From Felis catus (Eukaryota), in assembly GCF_018350175.1 (NCBI RefSeq), contig NC_058368.1, positions 197,720,001-197,780,000 on the forward strand: a stretch of DNA of 60,000 bases, written 5' to 3'. Positions 48,733-60,000 of the stretch are shown here, piece by piece (within the stretch, counting starts at the first letter, position 1; each line of letters opens with the position of its first letter). A model generated the notes under the pieces. It saw only the letters and a program-made list of their open reading frames with translations, did no database searches and was not told where the DNA came from. Made by a program: the position numbers and the translations under genes.

Positions 48733-49282
48733 GCCATAAAATGGGATGAAAGATACAATCCTGGCTCACCTACGGCCTTCCTCTCTAAGCACTAATCCAC
48801 TTGCAATGCAAAGGAAATGTAAAAGCGTGGTTCTGGCCCATGTCACAAATGTGAGGCACACAGCAGTCAGTCTAAGCGTGGAAAACAGTGGAATTTGACA
48901 CCATTTGTGAGGAGGGTGCCTTGGGAGGGTTCCCAGAGAATAACCAAACAAGGCCTGAAGGGAAGGGCGGGTGGGGAGAGAGAGAAGCCTGTGCAGAGGC
49001 CATGCTTCATGCACCAGGGCTCAAATCAGGCCAGTGTGGCCGCAGGGAAGAAGATGAGAAGGATTGGGGTGCAGGAGGTCAGGGATGGCTGGACCACACA
49101 CGCTGCATGACAGAGGGGGGAAGGGAATTTCACAGAATTCATTGCATGTCTGACTTTTCTTTCCTCTGTCTCTCTCCCTTCTTTCTTTGTTTCCCTCTCC
49201 TCTTTTCTACTGTCCTGCCCCTTTCTCCCACCTTTTCCTTTGTCTCCCCCCCTGCCTTCTTCCTTATACATTCTTCTCACAG

Positions 49283-49483
49283 GAAGATAAAGACCAATTA
49301 TTTCATCGTATCCCTCGCCTTTGCGGATCTGCTGGTCTCGGTGCTGGTGATGCCCTTTGGTGCCATCGAGCTGGTTCAGGACATCTGGATTTATGGGGAG
49401 ATGTTTTGCCTGGTCCGGACATCACTAGACGTCCTGCTCACGACGGCGTCGATTTTTCACCTGTGCTGCATTTCTCTGGACAG
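49283..49483 (+). CDS. HTR4: 5-HT4 serotonin receptor internal coding exon (201 nt, phase 2-2; TM2, ECL1, TM3)
   Basis: Translates (R)[66 protein letters not shown](R): LAFAD motif, C3.25, amine-binding D3.32, start of DRY; long pyrimidine tract plus cacAG 49281-49282, donor GTGAGG at 49484; joins the previous exon in frame across a 1258-nt intron. Confidence 0.97.
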
Positions 49484-52199
49484 GTGAGGACAGAGCATTG
49501 TGACAGCAGAGCTCTGTGCTGGGGACAAGGACCTGATTGGCTATGGGACCACGCCTTTCTTCCTTTCCCTAATTCATCAGAAGTGATGAATCTCAGAGAG
49601 ATAAATTCTGGGTACTCACTGATTCCCCCACTCTCCAGTCTTCGCAGAGGGCTCCCTTTTAGTCAGGCCCTCCCTAAGGTCCTGCAGACACAGAGGTTGT
49701 TAAGGCTTAGAACCGGCCTGTAGGAAGTTCACGATCTAGAGAGTGACAAGTATTGGCAATCAGTTTATGGTAGAGCTCTAAATTTATACTGATGGCACGA
49801 ACAAACTCTGAGGGAGCAAGAATTAATATGCCTTTCCCAATAGGCAGCTAGGGTGGTTCAGAAGGATAGTTTGATGTGCCGACATGACCTCCTCTCCCGA
49901 AATGTGTCCGCGTCAGAATTTTATATGCATATTTAGGTATGTGCATGCAACTGTGGAGAATCTTTTCCAGAAAGGTAAAGATGATTTTAAAATCCCCAGT
50001 AATGATGCGTTTGGGGGACGCACGGCTAGCATTTAATTCCTTTGCATAATTTTATTCTTTTGCTTCACATTTGACTTCAGGAGGCCTGACGATTTCCATC
50101 GTGGCCTTATTTATTTGAGATGTACGTTCATCAGTGGTATTTGGACTTTTTATTTTCCAATTCCTGCCCGTTTGTATTCAGTCATAAAAGCAGAATGCAG
50201 TCTAAAGGTCAGACGATTACAGGATCACAAACCGCCATCACAGTACTCGTATCGTAGGGTTAGTTCCCAAATTCTGATAACACATGCCAGTAATATGTTA
50301 CCAGAATTCCCATGGGACAAGCCTTTCCTGTCTTCGGAGGAGTCCAACAGACCCAGTCATTCTTCCAATCTAGAGATAGGTCACTGTTTCTTTAACTGGG
50401 GGACAGGAAAAGCATTTGACTAAAATTAGAGATTGTGATGTGTCTAAAATATGTCTTTAAACACTCAAGTAAGAGTCTGTCCAGAGAATTTCTGACACTG
50501 GGGAAGGTCCTGAGGGCCTGGAACCAGCTGCGGGAACAGTGGATTCATCTCCTGTCCCCTGGGATGGTGCTTATTGATTGGAATGGCAGGTGTAATGGCC
50601 TGCTCTATTTAAATCGTGCGAATTCTTTCTCTCTCTTGCTGTACCAGGAACATAGAGTCGAATGTGCTTAAATTAAATGCACGTCTAATGAGACTCTGTC
50701 ACTACAGAGAGCGACACTGGTAAAACTGAACTGTTGGTTGGCGAGCAGACCCAAAGCACGTCATGGTTTGAAACTTGTGTTCATCTGCTTGTTCGCAGCA
50801 GTCCGACTTCAGTACATGAAACACTTTAAGCCAGTCACTATACACTGTATGAAAGTTCACATGAGAAGAAATAAAATGTAAGGGGGTAGAAAATACGTGG
50901 AAGTCTTGAGGGGGTAGCCCACATGGGGTCGTTGCCAAATCGAGTGCTGAGACTGAACGTATCATATGGACTTGGAGGGGGCAGAGCTGAGGTGATCGTG
51001 GCACCTGGAGGTAACCTTGAGTTTTGGGTAAAAGCAAGGGGAAGAAAATGAGCCTTGTGGGGAGTGTAGATTGGGGGGACATACAGAATCATCTTCCTAG
51101 TGTGGAAAATCGACTCGGAGCGGCCCTGAGAGGGGGGCTGAGGGTTCCCTAGGAAGATTTGGCTTCAGAGTTCCAGATGAACTATCAGGGGCTTTAGAAA
51201 CCGTGGAATTTTCCCCGCGGAGGCGGGCATTCGTCGTCTTGAAGCAGTATGGTCTGGTCATGAAGAACCATCTGCTTTAGAACTGAAGAGGGTGGGATTC
51301 AACCCCCCGCTCTGCCAGTGTTTAGCTCGGAGGATGGTCTTAAGTTATTAAGCTTTTCTGAGTCTCTGTCTTCTCGTCTCTAAAATTGGGGGCAATAGCA
51401 CCTGTTTTATAGGATTGCAGTTAGGATTGAGTTAGATAGTCCGGCGGAGGCATAGCGTTGGCCCAGCTTGGCACAGTACACAATGCTGGTGGATGTTTAT
51501 TTCAGTTTCCTGCAACTGTCCGTGCACCCTCCATGGTAAGATTTTTCTTACCGACCTTGGACCTCATCAGTGAATAGCTGCTCCAGCCGCTGCATCATCC
51601 AGAAATCAGGTAGTTACGCTACATGCGGTCTTTCCTTATCCCCTGCACTTAATCAGTAAGTCCTACTGATTTTCTTTCCTAAACAGATCCTACTGTTTCT
51701 CTCCAACTTTTATCATGCTGGCCCAGACTAATGCCATCTCTTGCATAAGCCACTTCAGCAGCCTCCTAATTGTTCTCCCCACATCTACTTTATCTTCCTC
51801 CAATCTGCTCACGTCTTAGAAGATCTCATAGCCAGAGTCATGGTTAAAACCCTTCAATGGCTATGCAGTGCACTGAAGATCGAGACCGGACTCCTGGGCC
51901 CGTAGGGTTTTGTGCCATCTGTTTCCTGTCTGTGTCCCCAACCTCCCTTGATGCCCTTCACCAGCCTTACTCCCTGGGCTGCAAGCTGTCTTTGCCTTCT
52001 TTCTGTCTCCAGTGCTCTGGGCCCAGCCGTCCCAGGGCCTTGGCTCCTCCCTCTACCTGGAAACTCCTTTGCCCCCTCCTCTCGTGTATCCCTCAGACTT
52101 TAGCTCAATCCTTGCCTCCTTCTGGAAGCTCTCCCTGACCCCATCAAACTGATTCTTCTTTGTAAAACTTAGTGCAGTGGTGATTAAAATCTATTGTGT

Positions 52200-52585
52200 A
52201 TTTTTTTTTGCGTTTATACTCTTTTATTAAAGTATAATTAACATGCTGTGTTATATTACTTTCATGTGTACACATAATGCTTCAACAATTCTATGTATTA
52301 TTTAATGCTCACTGTGATAAGTATAGTGACCATCTGTCACCATACGACGTTATTACAATCTTATTGGCTGTATTCCCTATGCTCTACCTTTCATCTCTGT
52401 GATTTATTCATTTTGTCACTGGAAGTTTTTACCTCTTATTCCTCTCTATCTATTTCACCCATTCCCCCCACCTCCCCTCTGGCAACCCCAATTTGGTCTC
52501 TGTATTTAAGAATGGGGGCGTGCCTCTTTTATTTTCCTTTGCTCATTTGTTTCTTATAGAACACATTTGAGTGGAATCATATGTC
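52200..52585 (-). mobile_element. L1 3' UTR fragment (L1MA/L1_Carn-like)
   Basis: gtatagtgaccatctgtcaccatacgacgttattacaatcttattggctgtattccctatgct. Confidence 0.85.
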
Positions 52586-52629
52586 TCTATCTCCCCCGAG
52601 AGGAGAAAGTGCAAAGATATGAGTAAGGA

Positions 52630-52749
52630 GGGGCACCTGGGTGGCTAGGTCGGTGAAGCGTCCGTCTTCGGCTCAGGTCACGATCTCATGGTTCATGGGT
52701 TTGAGCCCCGCATCGGGCTCTGCACGGGCAGCATGGAGCCTGCTTGGGA

Positions 52750-52806
<57 letters not shown>

Positions 52807-52858
52807 CCTCCCCTGCTTGCACGCTCTCTCTCTCAAAACATAAACATTTAAAAAAAAA
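52630..52858 (+). mobile_element. Can-SINE with (CT)n
   Basis: TSD AAAGATATGAGTAAGGA. Confidence 0.95.
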
Positions 52859-54504
52859 GATATGAGTAAGGACAATGTCCTCGCTCTCCTGGAACTTACC
52901 TTTTAATGGGGAAACTAACAATTAACCAGTAAGGGCATCAATAGTGATGTAGGCACTTGGTAACCACTGTTCAACAAATGGAATGTTCAGTAAACCCTGT
53001 TTTTGAGGGAATTCTCTCAAAACTTTTTGGCTGCCATTATTTCCATTTCCTTCTTGGATAGTGGACATCAAAACCTCTGATACCATAAATAAGATGGAGT
53101 CAGATGGCTTCGTTTGGTTGGTTTTCCTCAGGGAGCCTGGGAAGGTTGCCAATTGTTTCTAGCATCTCCTGTCCCAAGCATGATATTCTCATTGGGATGG
53201 AAGGTTCACCCTGAACATGACAACACTACATCTTAGTCTGGAAGTGTAAGCTTTTATTTATCAGTTAGCTTCTGTTTTTGCTCTGTCCCTCCCAGCCTGA
53301 CAGTTGGGCTGGGCCAGAGCACAGGGGGAGCTTGGCAGTGGGGTGCAGTGCCCATTGTTCATCATGTGATTCCTGTTAAGATGTTTGTCTTTGTTTCTGG
53401 AGCTACCATGACTCTACAGGGATTAGTGATCTCCGGTCGTGCTTCCCAGGCAAAAACGCTCACTGTGGTTCTTAATTCCTCCCGGATGGCAGACCCTTGG
53501 ATCAAAGCAAGAAGCAGGACTCCATTAATATTATAAAATGCTTTTTCCCAACTACAGGGCTCCATCCACTGTGCTTCCTGGTGCTTTGAGAATTGAATCC
53601 AATTAATGAAAGTTTATTGCCTCATTAGAAGTGATTTCCAAAGCATAATTAAGCTACATGCATCATATAGTATGTATGGGTCATGGGAGACCAGAAAAGT
53701 GCATTAAAAGCACTATAGTACAGTTGACTATTTTGAATCAAAGGTTCTGTGGTGAATGAAAACCAACTAAGTATCTGTGATAGAGTACTGGGTTTTAATC
53801 TGGCCACTAAAACCCATGAGGAATAGTTATGTGTGTTGCCCTAGAAAGATATCACTGGTGTGTTAATTGGGGGGAAAGCAAGTATCAGATTTCAATGTTT
53901 AGAATAATTCCACTTTTGTAAAATAAATATAGATACTTATATTTAGGTATAGGTGAGTGAGTGAGTGAGTGAGTGAGTGAGTGAGTGACAGAGAGAGAAT
54001 ATGAATGAAATTGCATCAAACTATTAACAACGGTTATATGGAGGGTAGTTGAAAATGGTCCTGGCTAGACTAGGTGACCAGATAGATTGGGGTTGGGAGG
54101 CATCACTTTTACTAACCTCTAAAATATATGTTTGAAACTTGAATCTTCCCTGTGCTAGAAATTGACACTTCTTGAGCGCAGAAGTATCCAGGATAGCCTT
54201 TGGCTGAAAGTGCTCCTAGACCAGCACATTCTCCAGTCACTGAAAACATTCTAACTTTAGTGTTAGGAGTTCCCTCTGAGATCTGAGCGAGGCAGAGAGC
54301 ACAGAAGTCTTTCTGACCAACGTGTTCTCTCTGCTTTCTCACAAAATGCCCTGGATTCTCCCCCCTTTGGAACCCTCGCTGTCTCCTGTCAGCAGATCCT
54401 TCCTCCCACTCACTCCCATATTCGCCTTCCTTGGTCCCACCACCCTCATTCATGACCTTGTGTCTCATCCATTTCAACAGTCTCTTTTCTAATCATCACA
54501 GTTT

Positions 54505-54722
54505 CTTTTTAATTTTTAATGTTTATTTTTGAAAGAGAGAGAGAGAGAGAGAGCTAGCAGGTGAGGGGCAGAGAGAGAAGGAGACAAACACTCTGAAGCA
54601 GACTCCAGACTCTGAACTCTGTCAGCACAGAGCCCGTCGCAGGGCTCGAATTCACGAACCATGAGATGGTGACCTGAGCCGAAGCGTAACGCTTAACTCA
54701 CTGAGCAACCCAGGCGCCGCCC
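54505..54722 (-). mobile_element. Can-SINE
   Basis: TSD CATCACAGTTT. Confidence 0.92.
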
Positions 54723-56964
54723 TCCCCATCACAGTTTTTAATGAGCATGACAATAATACCTGAGCATTGTGAAAAAAAAGTGCCTCCGGCTTATGAGTAG
54801 CACATAAAAATGTCTCTCTTCTCCCTCTGCACCTCCACAGCTATATACCCTAGAGGTTACCGCTGTACATAGTAGCTCTCTGCAAATTGCAGTCATTTGA
54901 TATGCAAGAAGCAGACTTCTGTGAAGATATTTTTAGTTTGCTCAAATGGCTTTAGGTTTTAAATAAGCTTTTGAAAAGGGCTTTCCCAATATCCCAATGA
55001 ATTGCCTGAATGCAGTGTTTTGACCAACTCACTTCTCAGATGATATGTTAGTAAGATCTTCTTCAGCAACACATGATGGAAAATAAATCGATGGGCTCAA
55101 TCAGCTGAAAAGTCTGACCTTAGACATGGCCGTCTACGGGGTTTGAACAATGCCATCGAGGCTCACTCTCTCCTTCTGTCTCTGTCTCTCTCTCCTCCTT
55201 GACTCTGTCGTTTCTTTTTTCTTCTCTTTCTCTTCCATCTCTGTCAGTCTCCCTCGCTGCCTCTGTCCCTCTCTTTATATCTGTCCTTTGTGTCCCTTTG
55301 CTGTTTTCTAGTTGGATTGAGTCTCAGGCTGGGCTTAGACCAGTGAGTCTTAAACCATCCTGATTAACTCGTGAATCCACAGGAGGAGAAGCCTAAATGC
55401 TCTTTCTCATGGAAGAATTTTGGCTGGCTTTGCTTGAGTCACTCTTTCACTGACCATTCACACATTATGGTGGCTGGGCAGAGGTGAGGCACCATGACGG
55501 TCAGCTTTACCAAAGGTGTATGGCGTGGGAGAATGGCAGTTCCTTCTGGAAGAAGGATGTTGGGCAGACAAGAATAGCAGACATCAACTTCTTTTAGGCT
55601 GCCCAAGGGACCTTCAGGTCTGTTTATTGAGCCTCCACAACAAGACAAAGGTTTGCCCTTCCCAACTCTTCTTGTATTAGGCCAAACATCCCTAGATCCT
55701 TCCACTGGCTTCATATGCCATACTTTTTAGACTTTTAACCATTCTGATCCCCTTCCCCCAATCAATGCTATACTTTGTCCTGTATTTGGCATCAAATGCA
55801 ATTCCCCTTGAAATGGCTCACTTCACCGAGGATGCCATTCTCTACGGGATTGCAAGATGTCCTCATTGACATGTTCGACCAAATTGCCTACCCTTTCTCT
55901 TGGCAACACAAGAACTTGATGTATGTTATCTGCAAAACTCTTCCGACGATTTGTCAGTTGCAGATTTTCTTTTAAAACAGGTTTACTTGTTAAACGTATG
56001 ATTCTGACTCAAAGGTTGCATATTTCATCCTGTGCCAGAGATAAGCGTGTCTGCGTTTCTTAATGATCTCCCTGCGGCACCACTCAGTTTTGTAATGTAT
56101 ACCTAAAAGGTGTCTGTCATTGTGAACTTGTGTCACACAGTTACATCTGTTTTCCCAATGGGATTGAAATGTGTTTCTGAAAGGAAGGCGTACTGTTTCC
56201 CTTTCTCACATACGCTTTGAGGCTAAGTTCATACTTTGTACATAATGGTAATACTTGTTGAGTTGAATCTCATGCTTATTTTTATATTCATTTCATTAAA
56301 TATGTATTGAGTACTTAACTAATTGCCAGGAGCTGAGCAGAGCAGTGGAAGTGCAGAGGTGAACAACCAGAGAAAGCTCTGAATCACAGAGCTTTTAATC
56401 TAGTGGGGAACAGGTAGTAAATAGGTAATTATAATGAAATCGGTGGCCATTGAAGTCAAATAAGGAGAAGTCAAAGAAGCTATTGGAGCATGTGGCCTCC
56501 AAAGCAGGGTAAGCTCTGGGAGGAAGTAACAGGGAAGCTGGGATCTGTGGATTATGCAAATGTCAGTAGGTAAAGGGGAAGGAGAGGAGGCATCTTCTGG
56601 AAGGAAGGTTCCAGAAAATGGCATGTGCAAAGCCCCGAATTTTTTTCAGTGATACCTTATCAACCATAGGCTAAATTCTTCCCTTGTCTTTCAGTGCTTT
56701 TCCCAGCGTGTCCTCGGTCTATTTTTTCTAACTCAGCTCCAACCCATGAGTGATCTGTTACTCATAGCCTGAGTCTGATATGTTTCCTCATAACCCCATG
56801 TTCTGCCTTGCCTCGAGTTCCTTTTCTTTTCCTGATGAACACTCACCCTTTAGTATTCTGACAGAATGTGTCGCTGTCTCTACCCACTGGCCAGGCTTCA
56901 TTCCCCATGATTTGTTGTTTCTTCTTCTGAGTGCCCATAGAATGTTAAATATAAGCATAGCAGT

Positions 56965-57137
56965 GGGGCGCCTGGGTGGCTCAGTCAGTTAAGCATCCAT
57001 CTTCGGCTCAGGTCATGATCTCGTGGTTTGAGAGTTCAAGCCCCGTGTTGGGCTCTGTGCTGACAGCTCAGAGCCTGGAGCCTGCTTCGGATTCTGTAAT
57101 TTATAATAATAAATAAAACTTAAAAAAAAACTAAAAA
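56965..57137 (+). mobile_element. Can-SINE lacking the CT-rich segment
   Basis: Body stops at gattctgt, then A-rich tail; TSD TATAAGCATAGCAGT. Confidence 0.92.
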
Positions 57138-57169
57138 ATGTATAAGCATAGCAGTTATCATCCATCTTG

Positions 57170-57412
57170 TTTTTAAAATTTTTAATGTCTTTTATTTTTT
57201 ATTTTTAATTTTTGTGAGAGAGAGAGAGAGAGCGCGCACATGCGCACACAAGCAGGGGAGGGGCAGAGAGAGAGGGGACGCAGAATCTGAAGCAGGCTCC
57301 AGGCTCCACGTTGTCAGCACGGAGCCCGACGCAGGGCTTGAGCCCACGCACCGTGAGATCGTGACCCAAGCTGAAGTCGGATGCTGAACCGACTGAGCCA
57401 CCCAGGTGCCCC
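57170..57412 (-). mobile_element. Can-SINE
   Basis: TSD CAGTTATCA(..)CATCTT. Confidence 0.93.
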
Positions 57413-58413
57413 AGTTATCACTCATCTTAATCATTGGTTTCTCTCCTTCTCATCCTGGATGATAAGCTCCTTGAGAGTCAGCCTCAAGGCAACCGAGAGT
57501 TCATCTGTCCTCGTGCTATTCTGATTGGTCCACGGCAGCTGCTCCAGGCACATTTAGCTGATGCTCCGAGATGTGGCTTGTGGTTGCTTGGTCTGACTTT
57601 GGTGTTCATTTTTCTACCCTTCTCGAATAGCCAGTATAGCAAGTAGTTAAGAATGACGCCCGGGGTGCTAGACTGCCTGGATTCAATCCCAGCTTGACCG
57701 GTTACCAATTGTGTAATCTTGAGAAGTTATTTAAATTTTCTGGGTTTTACCTTCTCAGCTCTAACATTGTGTTAATAGTAACTTCCTTTTGGAGTTCGTG
57801 AAGAATATAACTGAGTGCCTGCAGGAGAACATAAATCAGTGCATGGTACATAATAAGCATTCAATAAATGTTAGCCACAAGTATTATTCCGTTATTGTTC
57901 TCCTTTCCAAATGTGAATTTCTACTGGTTGTTGTGGGTGCCTTCCCAGACACCGGTTGCTGTCTTTTTCTTCCTCTTGTACGGCGAAGTGTCCTTCAAGG
58001 TTAGACCCTCGGCCTTCCAGCACTAGGGATCTCCTTCTTTCCTTTGGAGAGCTCACCCATCCCATGGCTTCACCTGCACCTCTGTTCTCACCCCTCCTGC
58101 AGTCCTGTCCCATCTCTGGGCTCTGGGGTCCCATCTCTACCCACCTGTTCAATATCTCACCTTAAGCTTCTTTCTGTTTTCTTGAATCCAGTGTGCCCAA
58201 AGTGGAAATTTCCGTTATGAACTAATATCCTCTTCTACTTTGTACGTAAAAGGCACATCTATTAGTCATCTTTTAGTCATTTAAATGCAATTCTTTGAGG
58301 TCATCTTTTCTTTATCCACCATGACCAGCTGGAAGCCAAATCGTAGACGCATTTTCATAAATCTCTCTCAAACCCATCTTCCTCCTCTTCGCTCCTTTTC
58401 TCCCATCCCACTT

Positions 58414-58653
58414 CTTTTTTTTTTTAATTTTTAAAAAAAAAATTTTTTTCAACGTTTTATTTATTTTTGGGACAGAGAGAGACAGAGCATGAATGGGGGA
58501 GGGGCAGAGAGAGAGGGAGACACAGAATCGGAAACAGGCTCCAGGCTCTGAGCCATCAGCCCAGAGCCCGACGCGGGGCTCGAACTCACGGACCGCGAGA
58601 TCGTGACCTGGCTGAAGTCGGACACTTAACCGACTGCGCCACCCAGGCGCCCC
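58414..58653 (-). mobile_element. Can-SINE (young subtype)
   Basis: Perfect TSD CTCCCATCCCACTTCTT; CpGs intact. Confidence 0.95.
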
Positions 58654-58969
58654 TCCCATCCCACTTCTTGATTGTTGCAGTAGGTTTTTAGTTTTTATTC
58701 CTGTATATTATTTATCAGACACATCTTTAAATTAATTTAAACATGTTCACATTTTTTCCACGTGTCCTCAGCTCAGAAAGCTTATAAGACAGTCATGTTC
58801 TCTGTCTTCTTCCTAAAGAGGGTTGCTTTGGTCTCCCCCTGACCATTCACCAGCATTACCCGGGCACAGACTTTGCCAGCTGTGGGTTCAATTCCCAGTT
58901 TTACTGTATCCTGGCCGTAGGATATTAGGCAAGTGGATTGAACTCCCTGGGCCTCAGTTTCCTCATATT

Positions 58970-59193
58970 TATTTATTTATTTATTTATTTAATGTTTATT
59001 TATTTTTGAGACAGAGAGAAACAGAGCATGAACGGGGGAGGGTCAGAGAGAGAGGGAGACACAGAATCCGAAACAGGCCCCAGGCTCTGAGCAGTCAGCA
59101 CAGAGCCCGACCCGGGGCTCGAACTCACATACCGCAAGATCGTGACCTGAGCCGAGGTCGGACGCTCAACCGACTGAGCCACCCAGGCGCCCC
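58970..59193 (-). mobile_element. Can-SINE inserted in a MIR
   Basis: TSD TCCTCATATTTA within MIR core gggcctcagtttcctcat...aaaacgtggagaatga. Confidence 0.93.
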
Positions 59194-59847
59194 TCCTCAT
59201 ATTTAAAACGTGGAGAATGAGAACTGCCTTGCAGAGTTGCTACAGGAGTGAGATATATTATAGAATACACCTTTTGCTGCATAATGTGCCCTCGGTAAAT
59301 GGGCAACACGTATAGTGTGAATAGTAGTAGCTATAGCAGAGACAAGAAACAGACAGTTATAATACGATTGGAGATGTGCTGTGTCACAGACGTAAACAAA
59401 ATACTTGAAGAACCAGGGCAGAGATGCGGAACCAGTTCAGATCTCTGACCGAAAGGCGTCTCCCCCCAAACCCTCACCCCCACAGTTTTTTCTTCCTGGA
59501 ACCCAAAGTTCCCCCTCTGCTCTTGGCGACATTCTCAGCCCCACTTTGTGTTCCTGGCTCCTGATGAATATCCCTGCTGGGGTCGTCTTCCTTGATTCTT
59601 AGAGCGACTGGCAGCTTGCCAAGCCCCTTGGGAAGCAGAAGCGGAGCGCTTTAGCTTTCTCTTGAAGCCGCTGCTGTTTCTACACCGCTTCGAAGGGGAA
59701 CCAGAGCAACTGAAGTGTAACAAAACCAGTTACCATGAGGAGAAAGATAAATCTCTCCATCCAGAGCTCTGCCACAAAATGTGGCTAGATCTCCTACTGG
59801 AGGGAGGACTACCATCCAGCCAGGGAACTGCCACGGTCACACTAGAC

Positions 59848-60000
59848 TGTATATTACCTGTTTATTTCAGTTGTAGTTATCTGTCGCCATATAACATCTA
59901 CCCCAAAGCTTCATGGCTGAAAAAACAATGTACTATTCCCAGATTTCACAATTCTGTGCATCAGGAATCTGGGCTTGGCTAAAGTCACTTGATGGTGTTT
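59848..60000 (-). mobile_element. MaLR LTR fragment (MLT1-like), runs off the window
   Basis: taacatctaccccaaagcttcatggctgaaaaaacaa...tcacaattctgtgcatcaggaatctgggc. Confidence 0.7.

Larger units (their letters stand above)
49484..60000 (+). other. HTR4: HTR4 intron; the next exon (YYAICCQPL...) is not within the window
   Basis: GT donor at 49484; no YYAICC-encoding segment seen downstream. Confidence 0.8.

Noticed and set aside
878..59206. Many 60-127 aa ORFs of the type MAQSVKRPTSAQV... or RQRETEHERGRGRE...
   Set aside because: Translations of Can-SINE bodies on either strand, not genes

Overview
Mammalian genomic DNA from a carnivore, almost certainly a felid: about 29 Can-SINE/SINEC_Fc-type tRNA-derived SINEs are present. 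The window lies inside the serotonin receptor gene HTR4 on the + strand. Two internal coding exons are clear (47899-48024, 126 nt, TM1; 49283-49483, 201 nt, TM2-TM3 up to the DR of DRY). The start-codon exon and later exons lie outside the window, so the rest is HTR4 intron. That intron is dense in SINEs, L1s, L2/MIR, MaLR/ERV LTRs and Tigger/hAT DNA elements, and most ORFs in the supplied track are repeat artefacts. The most interesting unexplained signal is a series of repeat-free islands on the - strand, bounded by splice-like AG/GT signals. They can be joined phase-consistently into a multi-exon antisense unit (about 41.7 kb to 14.2 kb) whose 3' part gives a stop-free ~179-195 aa frame followed by an AATAAA, while its 5' part looks decayed. 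This model was assembled by eye and needs RNA-seq and comparative support. Repeat family names come from my recollection of consensus sequences, and repeat boundaries are approximate.
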